Below, in pieces: positions 1 through 10,680 of a stretch of 64,000 nt of DNA (position 1 is its first letter; every line of letters begins with the position of its first letter). The stretch spans positions 6,443-70,442 of the forward strand of contig JAZOCO010000045.1 in the NCBI GenBank assembly GCA_045596505.1, given 5' to 3'. The DNA comes from Eubacteriales bacterium (GTDB taxonomy: Bacteria > Bacillota > Clostridia > Oscillospirales > CAG-272). Both the position numbers and the translations under genes were made by a program. The notes under the pieces are model-generated. The model worked only from the letters and a program-made list of their open reading frames with translations. It was not told the DNA's origin and did not search any database.

Positions 1-781
1 GACTGCGCTCCTCCTGACATTCAACCACTATGCCCGTAGGCTTGTGTGTCAGGCGCACCGCGGACTCTGTTTTATTGATATGCTGACCGCCCGCACCGCT
101 GCTTTTACAGGATTCCATTATGATATCGGCAGGATTGATCTCCAAGTCAATTTCCTCGGCCTCGGGGAGCACGGCAACCGTCACGGTCGAGGTCTGGATA
201 CGCCCCTGAGATTCGGTCGTGGGTACACGCTGCACCCGATGCACGCCCGACTCAAATTTAAAGCGGGAATAGGCGCCGTCGCCCTCTACCATAAACACGA
301 TCTCCCGAAAGCCACCAAGCTCGGTTTCGTTTTGGCTAAGCCTTGTGGTGTGAAATCCGACGCTTTCGGCATACATAGTATACATACGGTAAAGGACGGC
401 TGCAAAAAGCGCCGCCTCCTCACCGCCCGCTCCCGCACGGATCTCCACGATCACGTTGCGATCATCGTTTTCATCGCGGGGAAGGAGCAAAACCTTTAGC
501 TCCTCTTGAAGCTCCGAAAGGCGCACGGTAAGCGCCTCAAGCTCCGTCGCCGCCAATGCCTTCAGGTCCTTGTCATTTGCCGTTTGCAGCAGCTCCTTTG
601 TATCGTCAAGCTCCTGCTTGACGGCATTGTAGCCTTGAAACGCGACCACAACAGGCTCAAGACGGCGATATTCCTTCATTAAGGCGGCGTAAGCACCGGC
701 GTCGGCATAAGCCGAGGGATCGGCGCTTCGCTTTTCTAATTCTCGAAAACGCGCCTCAGCGCTCTTTAGCTTGTCAAGCAT
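1..781 (-). CDS. prfA: peptide chain release factor 1 (N-terminal ~260 aa; C-terminus lies beyond window start)
   Basis: Own reverse translation from ATG 781-779 gives [16 protein letters not shown].... Class-I RF motifs '[14 protein letters not shown]' (PxT, RF1 type) and '[13 protein letters not shown]' (GGQ) are present. Not in the ORF track because it is open at the window edge. Its start overlaps the upstream stop (TGATG). Confidence 0.9.
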   Translation of the reverse strand, partial: MLDKLKSAEARFRELEKRSADPSAYADAGAYAALMKEYRRLEPVVVAFQGYNAVKQELDDTKELLQTANDKDLKALAATELEALTVRLSELQEELKVLLLPRDENDDRNVIVEIRAGAGGEEAALFAAVLYRMYTMYAESVGFHTTRLSQNETELGGFREIVFMVEGDGAYSRFKFESGVHRVQRVPTTESQGRIQTSTVTVAVLPEAEEIDLEINPADIIMESCKSSGAGGQHINKTESAVRLTHKPTGIVVECQEERS

Positions 782-2169
782 CAGGCACGGGAAAATGCCA
801 AAAAGGCAAGATAGGCTTGGTAAAGATCCACCTTTGAGATCACCTCGTAGGGCGCGTGCATCGAGATCACGGGAACACCGAGATCAACGGTTTCAATGTT
901 GAGCCCTGCCACGTATTTGGCAACCGTTCCGCCACCGCCCTCATCTACCTTGCCAAGCTCACCGGTTTGCCAGATCACCCCTGCGTTTTCCATAACACCG
1001 CGCAGCCACCCCACGTATTCGGCACTGGCATCGTTGGTGGAGGACTTGCCGCGAGAGCCTGTATATTTGGTCAAAATGACGCCACAGGAGAGTAGCGGCG
1101 TGTTTCGCTTCTCAAAAACGTTTGCAAAATTGGGATCAAAGGCTGCGGAAACGTCGGCAGACAGGCACTTTGAATTGGCACGAACCACTGCGGGATTACC
1201 GCCCAGCGCGCGCGCGATTTCGGTGATAAGATCGGGGAGAATGGCACTTTTAATACCCGTGTCACCCTCGCTACCCGTTTCTTCCTTATCCGCAAGAACG
1301 CACAGCTGTGTGTTTTGGGGCTCGTCCTGCGAAAGAATGGCGGTCAGGGCGGGGTACGCGCAAACACGGTCATCGTGTCCGTACGCGCCGATCATAGAAC
1401 GGTCAAAGCCGATATCCCGCGCCTTAAAGGCAGGCACTACGCAAAGCTCTGCCGAGAGAAAATCGTCCTCGGTAATGCCGTATTTTTCGTGCAAAAGATA
1501 CAGTGTATTCAGTTTGATATTGTCGCTTTCATCACTTGCGTCAAAGGGGCGGCTGCCAACCAAAATGTTCAGCTTCTCACCGGGAATCGCCTCGCCAAGC
1601 GGCTTTTTGTTGGTTTCTTGCCCGAGGTGCGGTAAGAGATCGTTGATATAGAAAACGGGATCGTCCTCACACTCGCCGATCGACACCGTGACTCTCTCAC
1701 CACTCTTTTTTACAACTACGCCGTGCAGGGCAAGAGGGGTTGCTACCCATTGATATTTACGAATTCCGCCGTAATAGTGGGTCTTGAAAAAGCTCATGCC
1801 GCCTTCCTCGTAGAGGGGACATTGCTTCAGATCAATGCGCGGTGCGTCAATGTGCGCCGCATTGATGCGAATGCCTTCTTCAATGGGACGCTTGCCGATC
1901 ACAAAAAGGTAAAGGCTCTTGTCCTTGTTATTGTAATAGTATTTGCCGCCCGATACGATGGGATCTCCGATCTTGTAGGGTACAAAGCCCTTTTCGGTTG
2001 CCATCTCAATGGACACGGCAACTGCCTCGCGCTCGGTCTTGGCATTGTCAAGAAATGCGGCGTAGCCCTTCGCGTAATCGTATGCCACCGAAACGGTATC
2101 GTCGTTGACTTTTTGGTAAACGCTCTTTTTGCTGTACGTCAGCTTTTCACGAAGCTCCTTTGTGTTCAT
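781..2169 (-). CDS. M18-family aminopeptidase
   Basis: 462-aa ORF. Recalled resemblance to clostridial 'aminopeptidase 1' (M18): '[14 protein letters not shown]', '[11 protein letters not shown]', C-terminal 'VISMHAPYE'. Confidence 0.75.
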   Translation of the reverse strand: MNTKELREKLTYSKKSVYQKVNDDTVSVAYDYAKGYAAFLDNAKTEREAVAVSIEMATEKGFVPYKIGDPIVSGGKYYYNNKDKSLYLFVIGKRPIEEGIRINAAHIDAPRIDLKQCPLYEEGGMSFFKTHYYGGIRKYQWVATPLALHGVVVKKSGERVTVSIGECEDDPVFYINDLLPHLGQETNKKPLGEAIPGEKLNILVGSRPFDASDESDNIKLNTLYLLHEKYGITEDDFLSAELCVVPAFKARDIGFDRSMIGAYGHDDRVCAYPALTAILSQDEPQNTQLCVLADKEETGSEGDTGIKSAILPDLITEIARALGGNPAVVRANSKCLSADVSAAFDPNFANVFEKRNTPLLSCGVILTKYTGSRGKSSTNDASAEYVGWLRGVMENAGVIWQTGELGKVDEGGGGTVAKYVAGLNIETVDLGVPVISMHAPYEVISKVDLYQAYLAFLAFSRA

Positions 2170-2171
2170 AG

Positions 2172-2750
2172 TTACTCCTTAAGGTTATATTTTTCAAGAT
2201 AGTAACGGTAAGCTTCAAGAGTTGCCGTTACGTAATTTTCCGTTTCCTCAAAGGGAATACGGAAAAGCGTGTTTCCATCTGATAACAGGGGATCTGCCAG
2301 CCAATCCGCTACGCGCCCCTCGCCTGCGTTATAGGCGGCAAGCGCGGTGTGCCAGGTGCCGAATCTGTCAAAAAGGTAGGATAGATAGTACGTACCGTAC
2401 CGAATGTTTACCTCCCTTTGCCATACGGCATCATCGGGGATATCCTCCTTTAGCCTTTCATCGCGCAAAAAAGCAAAGGTCTCGGGCATCAACTGCATCA
2501 GACCGATTGCACCCACAGGGGAGAGGGCATCGGGCTTGAAATCACTTTCCGTGCTGATCACGGCAAAGATCATAGCAGGAGAAACGTCAAACGAAGCGGC
2601 GGCGGTGAGCACCGCACCATATACGGCACGCTCTCTCTCCTCACGCATATACTTATCCACAAGATCGGCAATAACCAAAGAAACAATGGCAATCGAAACA
2701 AAAATTGCCGCAACTGTCAGCATATGCTTCTTGGTAGCCGATGACCTCAC
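2172..2750 (-). CDS. lytic transglycosylase (SLT domain) with N-terminal membrane anchor
   Basis: SLT motifs 'ISTESDF', 'GLMQLMPETF' and 'AYNAGEGRV'. One N-terminal TM helix. Confidence 0.85.
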   Translation of the reverse strand: MRSSATKKHMLTVAAIFVSIAIVSLVIADLVDKYMREERERAVYGAVLTAAASFDVSPAMIFAVISTESDFKPDALSPVGAIGLMQLMPETFAFLRDERLKEDIPDDAVWQREVNIRYGTYYLSYLFDRFGTWHTALAAYNAGEGRVADWLADPLLSDGNTLFRIPFEETENYVTATLEAYRYYLEKYNLKE

Positions 2751-3358
2751 TAAAGCTTCACTCCTATCTTTTCAAGCAGTGCAAAAATATTTTCTTCAAG
2801 CGTAGCTTGATCGGAATTGTTTTCCAAGATATGATCACAGCGAAGTCTATAAAATTCATCGCCTTTCTGCGACCTCAGGCGCTTTTGTGCCTCCTCATCG
2901 GAAATGCCGTCACGGCAAACGATGCGCGCCTCCCGTGTCTCCTTTGGAGCTACCACACCGATCACAAGATCGCAAAGCAGATCGGCATTTGCCTCAAAAA
3001 GCAAAGGGGCATCAAGCACGGCAATGCGCGTGCCGCCCGTTTGCAGGGTATGCAACGTTTTTTCGATCTCTCTCATAACATATTTATGGGTGATACCGTT
3101 TAAAGTATGCAGCAATGTTTTTGTTTGCGGCTTGCCGAACACGGCACCGGCAAGAGCGTGACGATTCACAAGCCCTCGAGAATCTAAGATCTCTTTTCCA
3201 AATGCATTGACTAATTCATCGGTGCACGCGCCGCCATTAGCAAGAATCTCATGGTAGATAGCATCCGCATCGATCACGGGGAGTCCCTTTTTCGCCAAGA
3301 TCGAAGCAACCAGGCTTTTGCCGGCGCCACTGCTGCCCGTAAGACCAATGACTGTCAT
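2750..3358 (-). CDS. coaE: dephospho-CoA kinase
   Basis: P-loop 'VIGLTGSSGAGKS' right after the start. Start chosen at ATG 3358 (MTVIGLTG), which overlaps the upstream stop as ATGA. The longer track ORF (to 3406) would overlap the upstream gene. Confidence 0.9.
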   Translation of the reverse strand: MTVIGLTGSSGAGKSLVASILAKKGLPVIDADAIYHEILANGGACTDELVNAFGKEILDSRGLVNRHALAGAVFGKPQTKTLLHTLNGITHKYVMREIEKTLHTLQTGGTRIAVLDAPLLFEANADLLCDLVIGVVAPKETREARIVCRDGISDEEAQKRLRSQKGDEFYRLRCDHILENNSDQATLEENIFALLEKIGVKL

Positions 3359-4500
3359 AAACGCACCTCCACGGCTTTGCCAAGCTTGTCTGAGAGAAGT
3401 GCGCATTCCATTAGGTGCTGTATATACGCGCCGTCGCGGAAGGTGGGGTGAGGTGTTTTTCCGGCATGAACGCCCTCAAGGAAACGGTACATACTCATCA
3501 CATGTCCAAAAAGCCAACCAACAGGTGCCTTAGGAGAGGGGAAAATACCGGCGGGAGCAGGTGCACGACCCACACATTCTATTTTAGTATAGCCGGATAC
3601 TCCGCCCTGTGGCTTGCTGGGGGCAGTGGCGTCGTAAAATTCAAGGTAATTGGGCTGCATCAGGGAAAAGCGCAAAGCACCGCGCTCACCGTAGATAGAA
3701 AAGGAGAGATCGTCGTTTGCACCTGTCGTCAGCTTGCTGAAGGTGAGCATGCCGTGCGCCCCCTCAAGCGTTTGTGCCATCAAATAAAACGCTTCCGGGG
3801 CGTTGGTAATGAACTTTTTGTCACACTCTTTTTTGTGCTCGCGGTATGCGATATGTGCCTTTCCGCTGACGGTTTTAAATTTGCCGCAGAGGAAAACGGC
3901 AAGGTCTAAGACGTGCGAGCCAAGATCAAACAGCACACCACCGGGGCCGCAAATATCAGCATCCTGCTTCCAGCCGGCTGTGCGGCTTTGATCTATACAG
4001 GAATTGTGTAAATATTGCATATCAAAGTGTAGGATCCGACCGATCCTCCCCTCGTCGATCAGCTGTTTTGCGCGAATAACGGCGGTCAAATGGCGGTTGT
4101 TAAACACCGTCATAGCAACAAGCCCCTGCTTTTCGGCAAGTGCCGCAAGGGAAAGCGCCTTTTCCTCAGTGTCGCAAAGCGGCTTTTCGCAGTAAACGTG
4201 CTTCCCGGCAAGCAAAGCCTTTTTTGCAGTTTCAAAATGATAGATATTCGGCGTACAAATATCGATCACGTCAACGTCAGGATCGTTGATCAGAATGTCC
4301 TCGTTGGTGGCAGCGATGGGAAAGCCGTAAGCGCTTGCGACCCGTTGGGATTTTTCGGCAGTGCGAGTGACCACACCCTTGATGCTTGCCGAAAAGGGGA
4401 GATCCTCAAAGTAGAAGGGGAGGTTGTTTATCGCATAGGTGTGCGTTTTTCCCATAGCACCAAAGCCGATGATGCCGATCTTGATCTTGCCTCGTTTCAT
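3355..4500 (-). CDS. Gfo/Idh/MocA family oxidoreductase
   Basis: N-terminal Rossmann 'IGIIGFGAMGKTH' and the 'EKP' motif ('VYCEKPL') typical of the family. Confidence 0.85.
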   Translation of the reverse strand: MKRGKIKIGIIGFGAMGKTHTYAINNLPFYFEDLPFSASIKGVVTRTAEKSQRVASAYGFPIAATNEDILINDPDVDVIDICTPNIYHFETAKKALLAGKHVYCEKPLCDTEEKALSLAALAEKQGLVAMTVFNNRHLTAVIRAKQLIDEGRIGRILHFDMQYLHNSCIDQSRTAGWKQDADICGPGGVLFDLGSHVLDLAVFLCGKFKTVSGKAHIAYREHKKECDKKFITNAPEAFYLMAQTLEGAHGMLTFSKLTTGANDDLSFSIYGERGALRFSLMQPNYLEFYDATAPSKPQGGVSGYTKIECVGRAPAPAGIFPSPKAPVGWLFGHVMSMYRFLEGVHAGKTPHPTFRDGAYIQHLMECALLSDKLGKAVEVRL

Positions 4501-4662
4501 AAATGCCCCCCTACCTTAGTAATATTATTTTATATTATACTACATCTATGACGAAATTTCAAGTGAAAAACAGAATATATTGCAGTTGATGGCTTGAATT
4601 CTTTCAAAATTTCAGGTATAATGGTATCACGAATATAAGATGAGATGGGCAGGTGATGGGAT

Positions 4663-5352
4663 ATGCCGCGATATCATACCGTGCTTTTTGATGCAGATAA
4701 CACGCTCTTTGATTTTACGAGCGCGGAAAGGGAAGCAATCAGCGATACGCTTCGTCTGCTTGGCGTCGCACCAAGCGAGGAAAAAATTTCGCTTTACAGC
4801 AGGATCAATGACGAGCATTGGAAAATGCTGGAGCGCGGGGAAATTACAAAGGAAGCGCTGAAAATAATGCGGTTTTCCCGTTACTTTACAGCTATGGGCA
4901 TCACGCTTGATGCCACCGATGCGGCGAGGACCTATGAGGAATTTTTATCAAAAAGGGCAGATCTTATACCGGGCGCTTTTGATGTCTGCCGTGCGCTTTC
5001 TAAAGCCCTAAGGCTTTATATCATAACCAACGGCATCAAGTGCGTGCAAAGAAATCGGCTTTCATCTTCTCACATTAAACCCTATTTTACCGATATTTTT
5101 ATCTCGGAGGAGATCGGCTTTGAAAAGCCGCACAAAGGCTTTTTCGATGCGGTTGCCAACAAAATAGAGGGATTTTCTCAAAAGGATACCATTGTCGTGG
5201 GGGATTCACTTACCTCGGACATTAAAGGTGGTATCGCCGCGGGGATCGATACCTGCTGGTTTGATCCAAAGGGGAAAGAAATCAGTGAAGCTATTCCTTA
5301 CACCTACCGCATTGAAGCATTAGAGGAACTCGTACCTCTTTTGCTTTCCTGA
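4663..5352 (+). CDS. HAD-superfamily hydrolase, YjjG-like nucleotidase subfamily
   Basis: HAD motif I 'VLFDADNTLFDF' and motif IV 'VGDSLTSDIKGG'. Confidence 0.8.
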   Translation: MPRYHTVLFDADNTLFDFTSAEREAISDTLRLLGVAPSEEKISLYSRINDEHWKMLERGEITKEALKIMRFSRYFTAMGITLDATDAARTYEEFLSKRADLIPGAFDVCRALSKALRLYIITNGIKCVQRNRLSSSHIKPYFTDIFISEEIGFEKPHKGFFDAVANKIEGFSQKDTIVVGDSLTSDIKGGIAAGIDTCWFDPKGKEISEAIPYTYRIEALEELVPLLLS

Positions 5353-6269
5353 TGTCGTTTCTTTTCGAGGAAGTATTAAAGCAAGGAAATATTCCGTATC
5401 AAAAAAATGTTGAAGCGAAAAATCTCTGCACCTTTCGCATAGGAGGCAGCTGCCGCTATCTCCTCGAGCCTTCCTGCCTTGGTGACTTAGTGGAATACGT
5501 GCGGCTGTGCCGTTTTTTCGGCGTGCCGTATCACGTGATCGGCAGGGGAAGCAATATTTTGTTCTCCGATAAGCCGCAGCCCTGTGCGCTGATCCGTACG
5601 GTGGCACTGAACGCTTGCCGAATGAGGGGGAACTGCTTGATCGGTGATTGCGGTGTCACACTGCCGCAGCTTGCAAGGCGCGCGGCATCACGTGGCTTTG
5701 GTGATCTTGTGTTTGCCGCCGGGATCCCCGGGACACTTGGCGGCGGCGTGTTGATGAACGCCGGTGCGCACGAAAAATCCATCGGAGATCTTGTTGAATG
5801 GGTTAAGGTGTTCGATCCCGAAAGCGAAAAAATAAAGACTTTATTTAACAAACAGTTGAACTTTTCTTATCGAAATAGCATTTTTAAAACCAACAACTGT
5901 ATTATTTTGCAGGTTTGTCTTGGGCTAAAAAGGTGTGGCGACCCCACTTTGTTTGCCGCCGAGATCACAGGTGCATTGCGACAACGCGCCGCAACGCAGC
6001 CGCTCGATCTGCCCAGTGCCGGCAGTGTGTTTTTGCGCACCGACGAAGGTGTTTCTATGGGTAAAATTATTGATGAGCTTGGGCTTAAGGGGACGCGATG
6101 CAGGGGCGCGGAGATCTCCCTAAAGCACGGCGGTTTTATTGTAAATCTCGGCGACGCCAAGGCAGTTGATGTTTGCCGATTGATCAATATTGTAAAAGCC
6201 ACTGTCAAACGTGAAAGAGGCTTTGTGCCAAAAACGGAAATTTGTATGATCGGAATTGAGGACGTATGA
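5352..6269 (+). CDS. murB: UDP-N-acetylenolpyruvoylglucosamine reductase
   Basis: 305 aa. FAD-binding 'GRGSNILF', 'YRNSIF' and 'SAGSVF' motifs. Start overlaps the previous stop (TGATG). Confidence 0.9.
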   Translation: MSFLFEEVLKQGNIPYQKNVEAKNLCTFRIGGSCRYLLEPSCLGDLVEYVRLCRFFGVPYHVIGRGSNILFSDKPQPCALIRTVALNACRMRGNCLIGDCGVTLPQLARRAASRGFGDLVFAAGIPGTLGGGVLMNAGAHEKSIGDLVEWVKVFDPESEKIKTLFNKQLNFSYRNSIFKTNNCIILQVCLGLKRCGDPTLFAAEITGALRQRAATQPLDLPSAGSVFLRTDEGVSMGKIIDELGLKGTRCRGAEISLKHGGFIVNLGDAKAVDVCRLINIVKATVKRERGFVPKTEICMIGIEDV

Positions 6270-7111
6270 ATTATTCACTATGCTTAAAAGAAGAGTTGAT
6301 CGCGGGAGCGCCGCATAGATCCTGCTGCAAGGCAGCATATTTGCAGGGGCTTTTTGTCAATGCCGCCAGAACCAAGGGGGGGCATATTGTGCTGACTATG
6401 TCGTCCCTTGCGGCAAGAAGGGAAGCGGCAAGGGTGTATCGCGAGCTGTATAAAAAGGAAGCACTGGTAAACGACAGAACGCTCTTGTTCTCGTCAGACC
6501 AACTGCTTCGGGATCTGACGGAGCCACCTGTTTTTTCTTGTCCCGCCTGTGCCAATGCATTTTTGCGGGGTGCGCTGATCTCGGCGGGCACGGTAACTGA
6601 TCCCGAAAAGGGATATCATCTGGAGTTTCGCCTGTATGAGGAAGAAAAGCACACGCTTCTCGTGAAGCTCCTATCACAAAACGCCTGGTTTCCCAAGGAG
6701 CGCACCCTAAAGGAAGGCTTTGGGCTTTATTTCAAGAATAGCGAAGCCATTGAGGAGATCCTCACCTCGCTTGGTGCAAACAATGCGCTTTTTGCGCTGA
6801 TGAACGAAAGGATCAAGCGCAGCATCCGTAACGAGGAGAACCGCGCGACAAACTGTGTGGCAAAAAATATAGGAAAATCCGTTAGTGCCTCGCGCCGCAC
6901 GCTTGACGCCATTGCCGCACTTCGCGCCGCAATGCGCCTTGAGGTAATGCCCCCCGAGCTGCGCCAAACCGCTTCACTGCGTGAAGCATATCCCGATGCC
7001 TCACTGGTGGAGCTGGCAAAGCTTCACAATCCACCACTCACCAAATCGGGGCTTAATCATCGCTTGCAAAAGATCATCACCTTTGCCGATATGCACAAGG
7101 AGCAAAAATAA
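6266..7111 (+). CDS. whiA: DNA-binding protein WhiA
   Basis: N-terminal 'KEELI...CCKAAYLQGLF', LAGLIDADG-like middle region and C-terminal HTH 'LTKSGLNHRLQKI'. ATGA overlap with murB. Confidence 0.85.
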   Translation: MNYSLCLKEELIAGAPHRSCCKAAYLQGLFVNAARTKGGHIVLTMSSLAARREAARVYRELYKKEALVNDRTLLFSSDQLLRDLTEPPVFSCPACANAFLRGALISAGTVTDPEKGYHLEFRLYEEEKHTLLVKLLSQNAWFPKERTLKEGFGLYFKNSEAIEEILTSLGANNALFALMNERIKRSIRNEENRATNCVAKNIGKSVSASRRTLDAIAALRAAMRLEVMPPELRQTASLREAYPDASLVELAKLHNPPLTKSGLNHRLQKIITFADMHKEQK

Positions 7112-7130
7112 AAGATTAAGGAGAAGTGCA

Positions 7131-10100
7131 GTGTCCTCATTTGTACATTTACATTTACACAGTGAATACAGTCTGCTCGACGGCGCGTGTCGCATCCGCG
7201 ATATTGCAAAACGCGCCAAGGAATGCGGACACAGCGCCGTAGCACTGACCGATCACGGCGTAATGTATGGCGCGGTCGCCTTTTATCGTGCGTGTGTAGC
7301 AGAGGGTGTGAAGCCCATTATCGGCTGTGAGATATATGTGGCACCCGGCTCGCGCTTTGGCAAAACTGCCGCCGAGGCACGCTCCAATCATATGGTGTTG
7401 TTATGTGAAAATGAGGTAGGATACCAAAATCTTATCAAGCTGGTATCTCTTGCCTATACCGAAGGCTTTTACGGCAAGCCGCGCGTCGATATCGAGCTTT
7501 TAAAGCAGCACAGCAAAGGGCTGATCGCGCTTTCCGGGTGCTTGGCAGGGCGCATTCCTCAGCTTTTGGCGGCTGGAGATTTTGAGGGTGCGTGCCGCGT
7601 GGCACGTGAGTATGCCGAAATCTTTGGCAAGGATCGCTTTTATATCGAGCTGCAGGACCACGGCTTACCCGAGCAAAAGCAGATTTTGCCAATGCTTGTA
7701 AGGCTCGCCGAAGCCTGTCGGCTACCCGTCGTTGCCACAAACGACTGTCATTATCTTTATAAACAGGATGCAGAAAAGCAGGCTGTGCTGATGTGTATTC
7801 AAACCAACAGCCGCCTTGAAGACGGGCGCCCTATCGGCTTTGAAACGGACGAGTTTTATTATAAAGATACCTCTGAAATGGAGCAGCTGTTCGGCGCTTA
7901 TGAGGGAGCTGTTGAAAACTCCCTGAAGATTGCCGATCGGTGTAATTTCTCCTTTGATTTTACCAAAAATCACTTGCCAAAGTTCCCATGCCCCACGGGG
8001 AAAGGTGCACCGCTTTATTTGCGTACACTGGCAGAAAAGGGGCTTAAAAAGCGGCAAGCTGCGGGTGGGTTTTCGCTCGACCGCTTTGATGAAGCCGCCT
8101 ATCGCTCCCGTATGGAATACGAGCTTTCGGTTATAGAAAATATGGGATATGCTGATTATTTCCTTATTGTGCAGGATTATGTTAATTTTGCAAAATCAAG
8201 GCAAATTCCAGTAGGTCCCGGACGTGGCTCGGGCGCGGGGAGTGTTGTCGCATATTTTCTGGGGATCACCGATGTAGACCCCCTTGCCTTTGATCTGCTT
8301 TTTGAGAGATTTTTAAATCCGGAGCGCGTCAGCATGCCCGATATCGACGTTGATTTTTGCTATAATCGGCGCGATGAGGTGATCACATACGTCACCGAGC
8401 GATATGGACGCGATCACGTTTCGCAGATCATTACCTTTGGAACACTTGCCGCGCGCGCGGCAGTGCGTGACGTGGGAAGAGTACTGGGCATCTCGTATCA
8501 AGAGGTGGATGCTGTGGCAAAGGCGATTCCGCGCGAGCTTGGCATCACCTTAAAGGATGCCCTTGATCGCCCGGAGCTGAAGCGTCTTTACCACCAAAAG
8601 CCCAATGTGAAAAGAGTGCTTGATCTTGCTGTGGCACTGGAGGGAATGCCGCGTAATATATCGATCCATGCAGCTGGAATCGTCATCACCGAAGCGCCGC
8701 TTTCCACGTACCTTCCCTTAGCAACAAGCAACGGCGCTGTGGTCACGCAATACGATATGGATACCGTGGCGGCTCTCGGGCTTTTGAAATTTGATTTTCT
8801 CGGGCTTCGGTATCTGACCATTATCGACGATGCCGTAAAGGAGATCAAGAAAAAGGACGCGGGCTTCGATATCGAAAAGATCCCACTTGACGATGAGGCA
8901 ACCTATCGCCTCATTGCAAGAGGTGCCACCTCGGGTGTCTTTCAGCTGGAATCCGGCGGCATGCGTCAGATGCTGCAAAGCCTTGTGCCAAACTGCTTTG
9001 AGGATATCGTGGCAGCTATCGCACTGTATCGCCCGGGACCGATGGATTCGATCCCCACCTTTATTAAAAATCATCAAAGCAGGGAAAAGGTGACCTATAA
9101 GACACCGCTGTTAAAGCCCATCCTTTCCTCAACGTATGGCTGTGTGGTGTATCAAGAGCAGGTCATGCAGATATTCCGTGAGCTTGCGGGTTACACCTTC
9201 GGACATGCCGATATCGTACGCCGTGCCATGGCAAAGAAAAAGGCAGCAGTGATGGAGGCTGAGCGTGGAGCGTTTCTTGAAGGCTGTGCCAAAAGCGGCA
9301 TTGAAGAGAACGTGGCGGGCGAGTTGTTTGATGAGCTTTCAAGCTTTGCCAACTATGCCTTTAATAAAAGCCACGCTGCTGCATACGCTATGATATCATA
9401 CCGAACCGCCTATCTTAAGGAGCATGCGCCCGGAGCGTATTTTGCGGCGCTTTTGACCTCAGAGCTTGGGAATATTCCCAAGATAGCGGCATATATTGCC
9501 GAGGTAGGCAAGCGCGGTGTGCGTGTGCTGCCGCCGGATATCAACGAATCGGACATCAATTTCAGTGTGTCGGGCGAGCACATTCGCTTCGGCCTGTTGG
9601 CGCTTAAAAACGTGGGCAGGCAGTTCCTTGAGGCTGTGGTCAAGGAGCGCCGTATCGGCGGCAAATACCGTTCCTTTGATGATTTCCTTGAGCGTATGGC
9701 ATCGCACGACCTCAACAAGCGTCAGGTAGAGGCGCTTATCAAAGCGGGCGCTTTCGATACGCTTGGTATCTATCGCAGTCAATTAATGGCTGTTTACGAG
9801 GAAATGATCGATACACAGCAGAGCAAAAACCGCACCAATCTCACCGGGCAGCTTGATATGTTTTCCTTTGTCGAGGAAGCATCCCCGAAGGTGAAATACC
9901 CCCCGCTTCCCGAATTTGATCTGCGCATGCTGCTTGCCGCGGAGAAGGAGGCGACGGGAATGTACTTTTCAGGACATGTGCTTGACGGCTTCGCAAAAGC
10001 GCTTTCCACGCCCGATATCACGCAGATCCGCGCACTTACGGACCCTGATGGCAGCGAGGCGTTAAGGGATAGACAAGACGTGGTTGTAGCGGGCATTGTA

Positions 10101-10610
10101 ACCGCACTTACCGTAAAGTCTACGAAAAACAATGAGCAAATGGTGTTTTTTACCGTAGAAGATCGTATGGGCGAGATCGAGTGTATCGCCTTTCCGAAAA
10201 TACGCGAAAAATACCGTGAGCTTATCGTTTCCGACGCTGTGATACGCATCAAGGGGCAGATATCCCTAAGAGAGGATGAACCGCCAAAGATCGTCGTTTC
10301 GCATATAGGCGAGCTTTCTCCCGATAATACGCCGTGCGATAAAAATGAAAGTAAAAAGGTCGCACCGTCTGTCAGCGAGGAAGCGATACGCAATGCGCGC
10401 ATTCTTTATTTGCGCGTGCCGTCGATTTCCAACGCGCTTTGTAAGAAGGTGCTTGCTATACTTTCAAGGCAAGCAGGCACGCTACCCGTGTCTATCTTTG
10501 ATGCGTCAACCTTAACGTATCACCGACAAAGGGACGGAATCACGCTGACTCCTGAGCTTTTCGCAGCTCTTGTGGAAATGTTAGGCGGGGAAAACGTGGT
10601 ATTAAAATAA
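7131..10610 (+). CDS. dnaE: DNA polymerase III alpha subunit (DnaE type)
   Basis: PHP domain start 'FVHLHLHSEYSLLDG', 'GPGRGSGAGS' and 'PDIDVDF'. Start moved to GTG 7131 behind AAGGAGA (7119-7125). The track ORF start at 6981 lies inside whiA. Confidence 0.9.
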   Translation: MSSFVHLHLHSEYSLLDGACRIRDIAKRAKECGHSAVALTDHGVMYGAVAFYRACVAEGVKPIIGCEIYVAPGSRFGKTAAEARSNHMVLLCENEVGYQNLIKLVSLAYTEGFYGKPRVDIELLKQHSKGLIALSGCLAGRIPQLLAAGDFEGACRVAREYAEIFGKDRFYIELQDHGLPEQKQILPMLVRLAEACRLPVVATNDCHYLYKQDAEKQAVLMCIQTNSRLEDGRPIGFETDEFYYKDTSEMEQLFGAYEGAVENSLKIADRCNFSFDFTKNHLPKFPCPTGKGAPLYLRTLAEKGLKKRQAAGGFSLDRFDEAAYRSRMEYELSVIENMGYADYFLIVQDYVNFAKSRQIPVGPGRGSGAGSVVAYFLGITDVDPLAFDLLFERFLNPERVSMPDIDVDFCYNRRDEVITYVTERYGRDHVSQIITFGTLAARAAVRDVGRVLGISYQEVDAVAKAIPRELGITLKDALDRPELKRLYHQKPNVKRVLDLAVALEGMPRNISIHAAGIVITEAPLSTYLPLATSNGAVVTQYDMDTVAALGLLKFDFLGLRYLTIIDDAVKEIKKKDAGFDIEKIPLDDEATYRLIARGATSGVFQLESGGMRQMLQSLVPNCFEDIVAAIALYRPGPMDSIPTFIKNHQSREKVTYKTPLLKPILSSTYGCVVYQEQVMQIFRELAGYTFGHADIVRRAMAKKKAAVMEAERGAFLEGCAKSGIEENVAGELFDELSSFANYAFNKSHAAAYAMISYRTAYLKEHAPGAYFAALLTSELGNIPKIAAYIAEVGKRGVRVLPPDINESDINFSVSGEHIRFGLLALKNVGRQFLEAVVKERRIGGKYRSFDDFLERMASHDLNKRQVEALIKAGAFDTLGIYRSQLMAVYEEMIDTQQSKNRTNLTGQLDMFSFVEEASPKVKYPPLPEFDLRMLLAAEKEATGMYFSGHVLDGFAKALSTPDITQIRALTDPDGSEALRDRQDVVVAGIVTALTVKSTKNNEQMVFFTVEDRMGEIECIAFPKIREKYRELIVSDAVIRIKGQISLREDEPPKIVVSHIGELSPDNTPCDKNESKKVAPSVSEEAIRNARILYLRVPSISNALCKKVLAILSRQAGTLPVSIFDASTLTYHRQRDGITLTPELFAALVEMLGGENVVLK

Positions 10611-10680
10611 CAAAATCCGTGTATCTTCCCATATACAAGCAGGTATTCTTCACCTCCACTCTACTCAAGACTAAAAGAGA

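Noticed and set aside
6981-7130. N-terminal extensions in the ORF track. Affected genes are dnaE (from 6981), pcrA (19894), pdaA (23051), tig (29816), comEC (44489), the acp-like gene (44517) and trmL (14858). Also affected are the XRE-S24 gene (54561), the 36849 ORF and coaE (3406).
   Set aside because: The extensions overlap upstream genes, terminators or promoters and lack an RBS. Internal starts with canonical GGAGG-type RBSs coincide with the conserved family N-termini.
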